Shown: positions 19,093-29,437 of the stretch, piece by piece
Numbering within the stretch: position 1 is the stretch's first letter
Layout of the letters: each line of letters opens with the position of its first letter
NCBI GenBank assembly: GCA_963702005.1
Contig: OY969696.1
Coordinates: 3,008,001 to 3,072,000 of the forward strand
DNA length: 64,000 nt
Direction of reading: 5' to 3'
Source: Candidatus Aminicenantes bacterium
GTDB taxonomy: Bacteria; Acidobacteriota; Aminicenantia; Aminicenantales; JAFGBC01
The notes under the pieces: generated by a model
The model's database searches: none
The model's input: only the letters and a program-made list of their open reading frames with translations
What the model was told of the DNA's origin: nothing
Position numbers and translations under genes: made by a program

Positions 19093-19249
19093 GCCCGGCA
19101 GACTTAAAGCCGGGGCTTCGTTCATTCTCAATAAAAGCTCTGTAAAGTTATTTTACGGACTCAAAAAAAAGGCACCGCAGCATTGCTATTGTACGATCGC
19201 CCTGAATATGCTAAGTCTGAAGATCGAATCCCGGTCCGGAGGCTAATCG

Positions 19250-21766
19250 ATGTCCCACAAGGCCGTTGTCGCGATCATGATCACTGCGCTCGGTTTCGGA
19301 ATCCTCGCCGCGTCCGCTTGTTCGCGTGGAGGCGTGACCGAAGGCCGGCCGCCCGCCCCGGCTCCCTGGCCGACCCCTATCCCCTGCCGTATCCAGAACG
19401 GGGCCAATCCCGACCTCTTCCTGATGGCGCTGGGGGAGGTCGGCACGCCGCTCGCCGACGGCCGCTTCGACCCGGCCCGGGACTTGGTGACGCTCGCCGA
19501 CGGCCGCGAGATCCCGAATTACTTTAAAGACGAGCTCGGCGTCAAATATTTCCGTCCCCTCGACAAGTCCGTCTTCCCGCTGCCCCCGTCGGGCTGGTGC
19601 TCCTGGTACTACTATTATCAAGAGGTGAGCGAAAAGGTCATCGAAAAGAACGCCGCCTGGCTGGCCGCCAACCTCAAGGACTACGGCGCCGTCTACTGCC
19701 AGATCGACGACGGCTGGCAGGGCCGCGGCCACGGCAGCAACGACAACCGGGATTGGACGACGATCGACAAGCGCTTCCCCATGGGAATGGCCGCGCTCGC
19801 CCAAACCATCAGGAACCTGGGTCTCAAGCCGGGGATCTGGCTGGCGCCGCACGGCCAGAGCAACGCCGATGTCGTCAAGCGTTGGAACGCATTCCTCCTC
19901 GGCAGGGACGGCCGATCCGCCTCCTCGACCTGGGAGGGCGATTATCTGCTCGACCCGTCGCGGCCGGAGGCCCTCGCCTATCTCAGGGACCTCTTCAAAA
20001 CCCTGGCCGAGAGCTGGGGGTATGATTATTTCAAAATCGACGGCCAGCCCATCGTCGTCGAGGAATATAAAGCGAAGCTTGCGCTCATGAAGAACCCGGC
20101 CCGGGATCCTGAAGCCCTCTACCGCCGGACGCTCGAAACCATCCGTGAGGCCATCGGACCCGGCCGCTATCTCCTCGGCTGCTGGGGCGTCCCGCTCGAG
20201 GGCGTCGGCCTCTTCAACGGCTCGCGGACGGGCGGCGACATCGTCCTCGGCTGGGATGGATTTGGGGTGGCCCTCGACGCCACCATGAATTATTACTTTC
20301 TCCACAACATCGCCTGGTACTCGGACCCGGACACCATGCTCCTCCGCTATCCTCTGACCCTGGATCAGGCCCGCGTCTGGGCGACCCTTCAGGGGCTGAC
20401 GGGCCAGGCCCTGTTCTCGAGTGACGCGCTTCCCGACCTCCCCGACGAGCGGGTTGAGCTTTTGCGCCGCGTCTTTCCGGCGGTCGACATCCGGCCCATC
20501 GACCTCTTCCCGGCCGGCCGCAACAAGAAGATCTGGGACCTCAAGGTCAGCCATCTCGGCCGCTCCTACGACGTCGTCGGCTGTTTCAATTTCGATGAAA
20601 CCAAAACGGCCGGGGTCGAACTCCTCTGGAAAGATCTCGGCCTCGACAAGGATGCTCCGGTCCACGTCTTCGATTTCTGGAACAGGGAATATCTTGGCTG
20701 CTGGGACAAGGGATTTTACGTCCCGCTGGCCCCCTCGAGCGTCCGGGTCCTGACCCTTCTCGCGGATAGGCCCGAGCCCCAGCTCATCTCGACGTCCCGC
20801 CACATCAGTCAAGGCTGGGTTGATCTCGTCGAATGCGGCTACAACGCCGAGGAGATGGCCTTCAGCGGCGAGAGCCGCGTCGTCCGCGACGACCCTTACG
20901 AACTCCGCTTCGTTTTCCCGCGCGGCGGCCCCGGCTTCCGGATCCTGTCCGCGGACGCCCGGGCCGAGGAAGTGACTTTCAAGAACCACGGCCGCTGGGC
21001 GACGGTCACCATCCGCCACCCCATCAACGCCGTAGTTCCCTGGAAGGTCCGATTCGAGCCGGCCGTCTATTACGATTTCCCGGTCCGCGCTCCCTCCGGA
21101 CTCCGGGCCGATATCAAGGGCTTGAACCGGGTGGCCCTGAGCTGGGATTCAAATTATTATCTCAACGCCGGATACGCGGTGAGCGTCGACGGCGCCCAGC
21201 GTTTCATAACGCCCGTCAATCGCTGCGAAATCTCGCTCCCCGATCCGGGCGCCGAATACGAAATCAAAGTCGCAACGGCCTGGCAGGATGGAACGGTCAG
21301 CCCCAAGACGGCGTCCGTCAAGATCAGGCCTCTGGACGCGGCCGCGCTCGAGGTCTTCCTCTCCGAACTCGACCCGGCTTCCGCCTCCTGCGGCTGGGGC
21401 GTCCCTCAAAACGATCGCGCCGTTTCCGGGGCCCCGCTCCGGATCGATTCGACAACCTATCCGAAAGGGATCGGGACGCATGCCGTTTCGGAGATCGTCT
21501 ACAATCTGTTCGGCCTGTTCGGCTCTTTTGAATCCGCCGTCGGAATTGACGCGGCGAGCGAAGGGGACAAAGGCTCGGTCATGTTCGAAGTCTACGCCGA
21601 CGGGAAGCTCCTCTGGACGAGCGGCCTGATGAAGAAGTCGACCGGCGCCAAGACGCTCATGCTCGACGTCCGCGGCGTCAAGGAGCTCCGTCTCAGGGTC
21701 GGCGACGGAGGGGACGGGATCGACTACGACCATGCCGACTGGGCCGGCGCCCGCCTCCTGCGCTGA
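19250..21766 (+). CDS. Alpha-galactosidase-like glycoside hydrolase (GH27/36 clan) with FN3-like and NPCBM domains; probable lipoprotein
   Basis: GWCSWY, QIDDGWQ, YFKIDG, SRTGGD, DPD; C-terminal KGIGTHA...GDGIDYDHADW; ASAC lipobox-like. Confidence 0.88.
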   Translation: MSHKAVVAIMITALGFGILAASACSRGGVTEGRPPAPAPWPTPIPCRIQNGANPDLFLMALGEVGTPLADGRFDPARDLVTLADGREIPNYFKDELGVKYFRPLDKSVFPLPPSGWCSWYYYYQEVSEKVIEKNAAWLAANLKDYGAVYCQIDDGWQGRGHGSNDNRDWTTIDKRFPMGMAALAQTIRNLGLKPGIWLAPHGQSNADVVKRWNAFLLGRDGRSASSTWEGDYLLDPSRPEALAYLRDLFKTLAESWGYDYFKIDGQPIVVEEYKAKLALMKNPARDPEALYRRTLETIREAIGPGRYLLGCWGVPLEGVGLFNGSRTGGDIVLGWDGFGVALDATMNYYFLHNIAWYSDPDTMLLRYPLTLDQARVWATLQGLTGQALFSSDALPDLPDERVELLRRVFPAVDIRPIDLFPAGRNKKIWDLKVSHLGRSYDVVGCFNFDETKTAGVELLWKDLGLDKDAPVHVFDFWNREYLGCWDKGFYVPLAPSSVRVLTLLADRPEPQLISTSRHISQGWVDLVECGYNAEEMAFSGESRVVRDDPYELRFVFPRGGPGFRILSADARAEEVTFKNHGRWATVTIRHPINAVVPWKVRFEPAVYYDFPVRAPSGLRADIKGLNRVALSWDSNYYLNAGYAVSVDGAQRFITPVNRCEISLPDPGAEYEIKVATAWQDGTVSPKTASVKIRPLDAAALEVFLSELDPASASCGWGVPQNDRAVSGAPLRIDSTTYPKGIGTHAVSEIVYNLFGLFGSFESAVGIDAASEGDKGSVMFEVYADGKLLWTSGLMKKSTGAKTLMLDVRGVKELRLRVGDGGDGIDYDHADWAGARLLR

Positions 21767-21869
21767 GCTTGCTATTTCAGGTCCGGATCGCCGAGGGCCA
21801 TATAAGCGGGCGCGGCGCGGCCGTTTCGCCGCAAGGCGGCGCTCAGACGAGTCCTCCGCAAGCCGCGGA

Positions 21870-22781
21870 CTAGACCTTGATGGGCGTGATGATCAGCAGG
21901 AAAGTGATGAAAAGGAAAATCAAGGTCACCAGCGGAAAGATATACCAGGCGGCCCGGCTCAGCGCCGACGGCTTCTCGATGCGCCCGGCCTTGGCCATCC
22001 GGTCCTCCCAGGGCGCGCCGGCCAGCGCGGTCAGGGCGAAGCTGGCCGTGAGCGGCGGCCCGGCCGCGGTCCTTCCCGCATACAGAACGAACGCCGTCGT
22101 GCCGCCCAGGACGATCAGAATGGCCGGCCCATAAAACACCCAGGTCCAGGTCTTGAAGGGAAGAGCCGGGGCCGACAGGAAGGGCCGGACCACCGTCCAG
22201 GCGATCATGCCTAAGAAGAGAACGTAGCCGGCGACCGTTTCCGGCACCGATCTCCTCGCCGTTTCAGGGCTCGTCTGCAAAAGCTTCGCGGGCCCGGATT
22301 CCATCGCCTGCAGCCGCGCTTCCCCCGCAAGTTTCCAGCCCGGGACAAAGCAGACGGCGGCCAAAATCAACCCGAAGACCGAGGGCAGGAGGGAGGCGGC
22401 CATGGCGGAGGCAACGGCGGCGATCCCGCCCTTGCCGGAAAGGGATATATCGTTGAGAGCGTTGACGAAACTCAAGACGCTGGCCAGCACGCCCATCATC
22501 CAGAAATTGCGGGCCATGGAGTCCCAGAACAAAGCCGAGGTCCGGACCGCCGGCCGGACGGCCGTCCCGCCCGCCGCGTGGCGGAAGGCCGCGGCGATCT
22601 CGGGCACGGAGTAGCTGATCAGGGCCAGCGCCGCACCGCCCAGCAGCACCAGCAGGACACCGTAGCCCCGCATGAAACCAGAGAACCGTCCGAACACCAC
22701 GATGGCGGCCGCCAGAATGGCGAAAGCCAAGATCCTTTGCCAAATCTGAAATGTTTTTTTTGTTTTCAAACTTTCTGACAT
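21870..22781 (-). CDS. Membrane protein with MotA/TolQ/ExbB-like segments
   Basis: Start MSESLK with GGAGG upstream; LLVLLGG...MARNFWMMGVLASVLSF...AMAASLLPSVFGLILA; partial second repeat. Confidence 0.6.
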   Translation of the reverse strand: MSESLKTKKTFQIWQRILAFAILAAAIVVFGRFSGFMRGYGVLLVLLGGAALALISYSVPEIAAAFRHAAGGTAVRPAVRTSALFWDSMARNFWMMGVLASVLSFVNALNDISLSGKGGIAAVASAMAASLLPSVFGLILAAVCFVPGWKLAGEARLQAMESGPAKLLQTSPETARRSVPETVAGYVLFLGMIAWTVVRPFLSAPALPFKTWTWVFYGPAILIVLGGTTAFVLYAGRTAAGPPLTASFALTALAGAPWEDRMAKAGRIEKPSALSRAAWYIFPLVTLIFLFITFLLIITPIKV

Positions 22782-22798
22782 CTTAATCCCTCCAAGAT

Positions 22799-23328
22799 TC
22801 ATGAGAGGTCCCGAGGCCTCTCGGGCCGTCCCGACGGGCCTCGCTGCCGCCCCGAGCCGGATCCGGTCGGCGGCGACGGTCGATTCCAGGAAAACCGGGC
22901 CAGGAGAAGGACATCTTCGACAATCCCATCCTTCCCGGAAGAGGGCCGGGTTATCCCGACTTCGGCCGGCAACAAAGATACCGGGTCGACGGACAACCTG
23001 ATCATCCTCCGGTCCGCCGAATCCGTGAATAGGAATTCCGCCCTTCCAGGATCGAGCGGCTTTCCGCTTCCAAGCGGGCTCCATTGTTTTTCGATGCGAT
23101 CGGCGAGCGAATCCGGCGTCAAAAGCCAAGCGCATTTTGAAGCGCGTCCTCGGCCAGGCCCGGATGGCGGACGACACGCCAGATGGACTTCATCATCTGC
23201 GGCTCGAGGGGCGCGACGAACCGTTCGTAGCGGGCTTTATCATCCATTAAGGGATGATCCAAGGCCGAGTCTTGAGCGTCGAGGCCGGCTCCCGGGATGG
23301 CCTCTGCGATGGCCGGAAGGCTTTCCAT
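22799..23328 (-). pseudogene. Deleted ECF sigma factor 5' fragment joined to the 3' fragment of a downstream gene
   Basis: YERFVAPLEPQMMKSIWRVVRHPGLAEDALQNA (sigma region 2) then stop; followed by a fragment IRLSVDPVSLLPAEV...ARFSWNRP. Confidence 0.7.
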
Positions 23329-23447
23329 GGCGTCTCCCGCTTGAGGTACCGTAAGAGCGGGCGGCATTGTTTACAGGACGGGCCGAAAACCAGCATCCCC
23401 ATAGAATCCCTGACCGCTAAAAGCGTTCCGATGACTGGGAGGTCAAA

Positions 23448-23957
23448 ATGAACATGACATCCAAATTCCCGATGACGGCAGCCCTGTTCGCTCTTTCGAT
23501 CGTGCCCGTGCTTTCGAGCTTGGATAAGCCGGCCCTCGGCGCGAAAATCAAGGAAGCCGCCGTCGTTTTATTGAACCCGGCCTCCGAGGCCGCCAGCCTG
23601 GAAACCGCGTTCAAACGGCTCGTTGAAGTCGTCGACACGGCCGCTCCGGAATCTGGCTTTCCGGCCGAGTTCGGCGCCAAGATTAATAAGGCGCGGCAGG
23701 TTTTCGCCTCGACGTCAATTCTGAATCCGGCCGGGCTCAACCTTCTCCGCGAAGCTTATGCCTCCATCAACGGCGGACAACCCTTCCGGTTCCCCGAGGG
23801 GCTGACCGGACTCGCGGCCATCCGCGCCCATATCGAGAAATTATCGGAGAGCGCCCTGAAGAACTTCGAGGCGGGACGAACGGGCGCGTCCGTCAAATCC
23901 ATTCTTGAGATCCTCATTATGATCGTGACCCCCGTGGAAGCGCCGGAAGGAGTTTGA
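23448..23957 (+). CDS. Hypothetical protein, helical, possible signal peptide
   Basis: GGGAGG RBS; 169-aa ORF. Confidence 0.7.
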   Translation: MNMTSKFPMTAALFALSIVPVLSSLDKPALGAKIKEAAVVLLNPASEAASLETAFKRLVEVVDTAAPESGFPAEFGAKINKARQVFASTSILNPAGLNLLREAYASINGGQPFRFPEGLTGLAAIRAHIEKLSESALKNFEAGRTGASVKSILEILIMIVTPVEAPEGV

Positions 23958-24093
23958 TTGGGGTCGGACCGACACGGAGCCTGTCGCTGGCCGCACCGGC
24001 CCTCCTTCAGTGACATCTCGCCTAATCCCAATCGCGGAGTTGACAATCGCATTCCATCACGTTAATAATTGAGAGCATGGGCAGGAGGATCAT

Positions 24094-26103
24094 ATGAAAA
24101 AGTTTTGTGTTCCGGTCCTATGGGGAATTTTGTCTCTGACCCTGTTCGCTCACGAAAACTCTTCCCCCTCGCCCGGCTTCAATCCCGGCCTGCTCGCACA
24201 GGATAAGGCCGCCTCCTGGTCCTCGCTCGGACCCTATGGCGGGGACATCCGGGCCATGGCCGTCAGCTCCCAAAACCCTTCTCAGATTTGGGCCTTATCC
24301 GTTACCAATCCGTCGCTCATCGGGAAAACGACCGACGGGGGCGCGACCTGGAATATCGCCTCTGTCAGCGCCGAATGTTTCTACGACCTCAAAATCCATC
24401 CGGTGACCGGCGTCCTCTACGGACTTAGCGATACGGCACTGTACAAATCAAGCAACGGGGGCACGACCTGGACTAAGTTCAAACTGGGAACCAACCAGCA
24501 CGGGTTTTGGGGGCGGCTGGCCCTCCATCCCTCAAATCCCGACATTGTCTATATCGGCGGCTATTATCAGAACGCAAGCTCCAAGAATAACATGGCCTTT
24601 TTCAAGTCCGCGGACGGCGGCACAACTTGGAGCGTTAAGACCTTTGAAGATGCCTCCAGCGACGGTCTGCTCAACGGCATCGCGGTCTCCCGCTCAAGCC
24701 CGAATGTCATTTACGCATTGGGCTACTTCACTGATTCGCAGGGCCGATTTAATGTCCGAATCTACAAGAGCGTCAACGATGGAGTCAGCTGGATCGGCCA
24801 ATCCAACCCCGAAGACCGGTTGTTCCGCGACATCGTCGTCCATCCCACCGATCCCAATAAAGCCTATCTTGTGACGGAATATCATGTCTGGCGGACCTCC
24901 AATGGAGGGAATACCTGGACTCCAAACAACGGTTCCGCCGGCGGCTATGTCCTTGCTCTCGATCCCTCCTACCCCGATACGCTCTACGCGGGGTATTACA
25001 ACACGGTCTACCGAAGCCTGAACGGCGGAGCGGACTGGGAGCAGTCAACTTCGGGAGTCTACGGCGATGTCTTTGCCATCACGGTCCTGACCGATAAGGT
25101 CCTCTGCGGGTCGTTGGCGGGGATCTTCGCGACCCAGTCCGGAGCGGGAACCGGCCTCACTTCCTGGCCGACCTGGACGGATTCGTCCAACGGACTGAAA
25201 GCCGCTACGTTGAAATGCTTCGCGGTCGCGCCCTCCTCCCCGAATACCCTCTATGCCGCAGTTTATGCCCGGGGGGTCTTTATCAGCAAGGATTCCGGAT
25301 CAACCTGGGCTATGCTGCCCTACTCCTCCGCGTCCAGTTTTTTCAGCCGGCTTGAGGTCCATCCGTCTCATGCCAACATCGTTTACGGCCTCTTCTACGT
25401 CTCGGGAGAGGACTCCCTTTTTAAAACCGCGGATGGAGGCAAGACCTGGACGAAGCTCGTGTCCGCCGAATGCGAAGATTTCGTGCTGAGCCAAAAGAAT
25501 CCCGGCCGGATCTTCATTGCCGGGACGAGCTCGGTCGGCTCCCAATATTACATGGCGCTCCACCGGTCCACGGACGGAGGGGCGAAATGGACGCACATCA
25601 AGATCTCCTCGACGGCCGGGAGCTGCGGGTATGCGATCGCTCTCGACCCCAAGAACGACAATGTCGTCTATGTGGGAGGAACGTCCGCAGGCGGAGGCGC
25701 GGCCCTCTTCAAGTCTTCCGACATGGGAAAGAAATGGACGAACATCACGGGGGATATCCAGGGCAAAATCGTGGACATCGCGGTCGATCCGACGACCTCC
25801 GACCGGATCTATGTCGCGAGCATGGGCGGCCTTTTTAAGAGCGAAAACGGGGGGAGCACCTGGAAGGCCGTCCGGAACGATTCCATCTGCTGCCTCTTTG
25901 TTCATCCGACCTCGCCCAAGATCGTCTATGCGGTTCAAAACTCGGGCAAGGGGATCTTCGTGAGCAAGAACTACGGAGCGACCTGGAGTTCCTTCAACCA
26001 GGGACTCATCTACAAGATTGTTGTAGCCCTGGGTCTCGACAAGAAAACCGACACGCTTTACGCCGCGACCTACGGCGCCTCGGTCTGGAAACGAAAAATA
26101 TAA
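24094..26103 (+). CDS. Secreted BNR/Asp-box repeat beta-propeller protein (Vps10/sortilin-like)
   Basis: Signal peptide; many S/T-x-D/N-G-G-x-T-W repeats; AGGAGG RBS; TTGACA at 24040. Confidence 0.88.
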   Translation: MKKFCVPVLWGILSLTLFAHENSSPSPGFNPGLLAQDKAASWSSLGPYGGDIRAMAVSSQNPSQIWALSVTNPSLIGKTTDGGATWNIASVSAECFYDLKIHPVTGVLYGLSDTALYKSSNGGTTWTKFKLGTNQHGFWGRLALHPSNPDIVYIGGYYQNASSKNNMAFFKSADGGTTWSVKTFEDASSDGLLNGIAVSRSSPNVIYALGYFTDSQGRFNVRIYKSVNDGVSWIGQSNPEDRLFRDIVVHPTDPNKAYLVTEYHVWRTSNGGNTWTPNNGSAGGYVLALDPSYPDTLYAGYYNTVYRSLNGGADWEQSTSGVYGDVFAITVLTDKVLCGSLAGIFATQSGAGTGLTSWPTWTDSSNGLKAATLKCFAVAPSSPNTLYAAVYARGVFISKDSGSTWAMLPYSSASSFFSRLEVHPSHANIVYGLFYVSGEDSLFKTADGGKTWTKLVSAECEDFVLSQKNPGRIFIAGTSSVGSQYYMALHRSTDGGAKWTHIKISSTAGSCGYAIALDPKNDNVVYVGGTSAGGGAALFKSSDMGKKWTNITGDIQGKIVDIAVDPTTSDRIYVASMGGLFKSENGGSTWKAVRNDSICCLFVHPTSPKIVYAVQNSGKGIFVSKNYGATWSSFNQGLIYKIVVALGLDKKTDTLYAATYGASVWKRKI

Positions 26104-26250
26104 GCGTCCGCTTTCCTTGAATAGAAATGCGGATTTGATAATTTTTTGATTTGCCCAAAAAGGCAAGGGCTTTGCCTGTCAACGGATCGCTCCTGCGGGC
26201 CGTATTCTGTTTATGGCCGTATTTCATCGCTCTTTCGCAAGGGAATTCCC

Positions 26251-27912
26251 ATGAAAAAGATAATCATCCCCATGATGTTTTGTCTCGCTCTCTCCAATAG
26301 ACTCTCCGGACAAATCCCAGACCTGGTCAAGAATGAAGGCATCACGAGTCCAATGCACCGGGCCCATATCGGCGAAGTCACCTTCATGTCCAATCCCATC
26401 CCGGTTCAGGACTATCGGGAATCGGATTTTCTGAAGATTTTTGAATTGAAGGAAAATTGCGACTTGAATATCCGGACGTTCATGGGAAACTCCCTGACAA
26501 ACTATCTGCATCAGTTGGCGCCCGAAATGAGCGCGGAGGAACTGAATAAAATCGGCAACTATCAATTTTCGTTCACTGTCGACGGGGCCCTGGTTTACAC
26601 CGAAAACCTCAATCCGGGCGCGGGAGGCCTCGAAGGCAAGAATACGCAAACCGTTTTCCGCGTCCCTTTGATCAGTACCACGGAGGAAGATTCCTGGGGC
26701 CGTTTTCTCTGGATGCGGTTCATGATTAGAGGGGGCGAGGATGTCTTGACGGAGGGAAAGCACGCCTTGAAAATCGAGATCCGGCCGTATATTAAGAATC
26801 CGGACCTGAAGACGGGGGAACTGATCGCCGCGGGGCACATTATCCTGGATGTCGTTAAGCCCAAAGTCGACGAGGCGAAGATCGGGCCGCAGCCCATCCA
26901 ACCCGGCAGTGGATGGCCGATCTCGAACGACCTCTACGACAGGGAAAAGATCCGGGACCTCAACCGGAAGATCGCCCAGAAGGATTTCAAGGACATCACG
27001 AGCCTCGTCGTTATCAAAGGCGGGAAGCTCTTGATCGAGGAATATTTCAACGGGGCGGATAGAACGACGCTCCACAATACGCGTTCCGTGGGAAAAACTT
27101 TCACCTCGGCGCTCATGGGGACCGCCATTCGGGACGGATTCATCAAGGACGAAACCCGGACCCTGGGGGAATTTTACGACCTCAAGTCCTTCGCCAACTT
27201 CTCCCCGAAGAAAAACGCCGTCACGCTTAAGAATTTATTGACGATGAGCTCGGCCTTCACCGGGTCGGACCTGGACGAAAACTCGCCGGGAAACGAAGAA
27301 AAGATGTACCCGACATCGAATTGGGTGAAATTCGCGCTGGACCTGCCGATGGACGAAGCCAAGGAAAACGGGAAGCAATGGGATTATTTCACGGCCGGCG
27401 TCGTCCTGCTAGGCGATATCCTCGACAAATCCGTCCCCGGCGGGTTGGAGCGATACGCCGACAAGCAGCTATTCAAACCTTTGGAAATCACAAGATACGA
27501 GTGGCAATATACGCCCCAAAAGGTCGTGAATACTGCGGGCGGCCTGCAGATGACGTCCCTGGACTACGCCAAATTCGGGCAGCTCTATAAAAACGGAGGC
27601 CTCTGGAACGGCGCGCCCGTTCTGCCGAAACATTGGGTCGAGAAGTCATTTCAAAAATATCTGAAGATCCCCAATAATGAAAACGGCTTCTACGGGCTTT
27701 TGTTCTGGAACATGACCTACAAAGTGAACAGCCATCCGTGCGAGACGTTCTATTGCACGGGAAACGGCGGCAACAAGATCTTCATTTTCAACGACCAGCC
27801 CCTGGTTATCGTCATCACGGCCACCGCCTATGGCAAACCCTACATGCATCCCCAGGTCGATAAGATGATGGAAAGGTACATCCTGCCCGCCGTCTTGAGG
27901 TTGAAAACGTAG
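26251..27912 (+). CDS. Serine hydrolase, beta-lactamase/AmpC-like family, with N-terminal extension
   Basis: SxxK (SVGK), LKNLLTMSS, WDYFTAG, CTGNGG; signal peptide. Confidence 0.88.
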   Translation: MKKIIIPMMFCLALSNRLSGQIPDLVKNEGITSPMHRAHIGEVTFMSNPIPVQDYRESDFLKIFELKENCDLNIRTFMGNSLTNYLHQLAPEMSAEELNKIGNYQFSFTVDGALVYTENLNPGAGGLEGKNTQTVFRVPLISTTEEDSWGRFLWMRFMIRGGEDVLTEGKHALKIEIRPYIKNPDLKTGELIAAGHIILDVVKPKVDEAKIGPQPIQPGSGWPISNDLYDREKIRDLNRKIAQKDFKDITSLVVIKGGKLLIEEYFNGADRTTLHNTRSVGKTFTSALMGTAIRDGFIKDETRTLGEFYDLKSFANFSPKKNAVTLKNLLTMSSAFTGSDLDENSPGNEEKMYPTSNWVKFALDLPMDEAKENGKQWDYFTAGVVLLGDILDKSVPGGLERYADKQLFKPLEITRYEWQYTPQKVVNTAGGLQMTSLDYAKFGQLYKNGGLWNGAPVLPKHWVEKSFQKYLKIPNNENGFYGLLFWNMTYKVNSHPCETFYCTGNGGNKIFIFNDQPLVIVITATAYGKPYMHPQVDKMMERYILPAVLRLKT

Positions 27913-27924
27913 GAGTGCCGTTCG

Positions 27925-28782
27925 CTATTTCGCGTCGGGTACATGCTGCAGGAAATGCAGAACGTCGTCGTTGAACAACGCCGGGTCCTGGAGGAAGGAG
28001 AAGTGGCTCACCTCCGGCTGGAGCAGCAGGCCGGCTCCCGGGATGGTCGCGGCCATGAACTCGGTATTCTCGCGCTTGATCGCCTCGTCATGATCGCCGT
28101 CGACGATCCAGGTCGGCGTCTTGATGCCGGCGAGCCGGGCCTTGGTGAAGCTGGGCTGGGTCGCCCACATCTTGCTGAGCTGGTTGAGGAAGTCGTTATA
28201 CTTGGTCGGGGTCGCCGACAGCATCTCGTACTCCTTTTCCGCCCGGAGGAAAAAGGCGTTGAAGACGTCGCTCTTGCTGATGTCGGTCATGCCGCTCGGG
28301 TCCGAATTAGCGGCGAAGGCGAAGAGCTTGGTGATGCGTTCGGGATGGCTGATGGCGATATCGAGGCCGAGGATGGCGCCGTCGCTCCAGCCGACGATGG
28401 CCGCCTTCTTGATCTTCAGAAAGTCCAGCAGCGCGACCACGTCCGAGGCCATCAAGTCATAGCCATAAGGCTGGTCGTTGCGCGTGCTGCGGCCATGACC
28501 GGGGCTGTCCATGACGATGACCCGGCAGTGTTTGTCCAGGGCGGGCACCAGGCTGCCCCAGTAGTTGGAATTGGCGAGCCCCCCATGGAGCAGGATCACC
28601 GGCTGGCCCTTGCCGAACTCAGCGTACCAGATCTTAACACCATTGACCGGCGCATAGCCGCTGACCGAGGCCTTGGGCAGGGTCGGGGTGGGCGGCAGGA
28701 CCATCCATTGGTCCTCGGCGCGGGCGATAGCGACCGCTCCCATGAAGGCTAGAACACAGATGACGGGACCACGATGGCGCAT
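27925..28782 (-). CDS. Alpha/beta hydrolase, secreted
   Basis: LLHGG, GHGRS, GWSDG nucleophile elbow, SHF. Confidence 0.92.
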   Translation of the reverse strand: MRHRGPVICVLAFMGAVAIARAEDQWMVLPPTPTLPKASVSGYAPVNGVKIWYAEFGKGQPVILLHGGLANSNYWGSLVPALDKHCRVIVMDSPGHGRSTRNDQPYGYDLMASDVVALLDFLKIKKAAIVGWSDGAILGLDIAISHPERITKLFAFAANSDPSGMTDISKSDVFNAFFLRAEKEYEMLSATPTKYNDFLNQLSKMWATQPSFTKARLAGIKTPTWIVDGDHDEAIKRENTEFMAATIPGAGLLLQPEVSHFSFLQDPALFNDDVLHFLQHVPDAK

Positions 28783-28895
28783 CGGAAACCTCCCTTTTTT
28801 TATGAAATTGCTTTTTCCGGGGCATGGTGAAAGACCGCAGCGGTCCGATGACGATCTCAAGAAGCTCCGAAAAAACGGATTCTTCCCTTCCGGGT

Positions 28896-29405
28896 TTACT
28901 GGCCTTCCATGGTGAATTCCCGCATATCGAACCAGAATCCCAGCCCGGACACGGAGTCCATCTCGGCTTGGACGATGGCCTTATGCCCCTCCTCGATCTC
29001 GACGAAGCGCTGGAAAAGAGCCTGCCCTTCGGGCGGAAGCTCCTTGACGACCGAGGCGTAGAACCGGCTCGTCTCGACCTCGACGTCCAGGGCCTTCTTG
29101 AGGAGGCGCACCTCCTCTTCCCGGGCCGCGACGACGACCTTGCCTTTGAGGGTCCGGACGCCTTCCTCGATGCGTTCCCGGGACGGGATGAGCGTGTTCA
29201 GACCCTCGACCTTGACCCGTCCCGTCATCTTCCATTCCTTGAGCCGGGATTCGAGGTACTCGACATGCTTCTTCTCCTCCTCGACCAGCGTCCGGAACAC
29301 CCTCTGACCGATCGGGTCATTCGACGACCGGACGGCATCCTGGTAGACCGTCACCACTCTGTTTTCGTACTGGAGGGCCGTCTTGATGGCTTCTTCGATT
29401 TCCAT
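28896..29405 (-). CDS. Rubrerythrin/ferritin-like protein
   Basis: Two ExxH motifs (EEKKH, EEGH) in a helical repeat. Confidence 0.85.
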   Translation of the reverse strand: MEIEEAIKTALQYENRVVTVYQDAVRSSNDPIGQRVFRTLVEEEKKHVEYLESRLKEWKMTGRVKVEGLNTLIPSRERIEEGVRTLKGKVVVAAREEEVRLLKKALDVEVETSRFYASVVKELPPEGQALFQRFVEIEEGHKAIVQAEMDSVSGLGFWFDMREFTMEGQ

Positions 29406-29437
29406 TCCTTTCTCCTTGACCAATATTTCAACGATTA

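Noticed and set aside
21820-21850. Hammerhead-like CTGA...GAAAC on the minus strand
   Set aside because: The core reads CUGAGCG rather than CUGANGA, and flanking stems I/III are not evident
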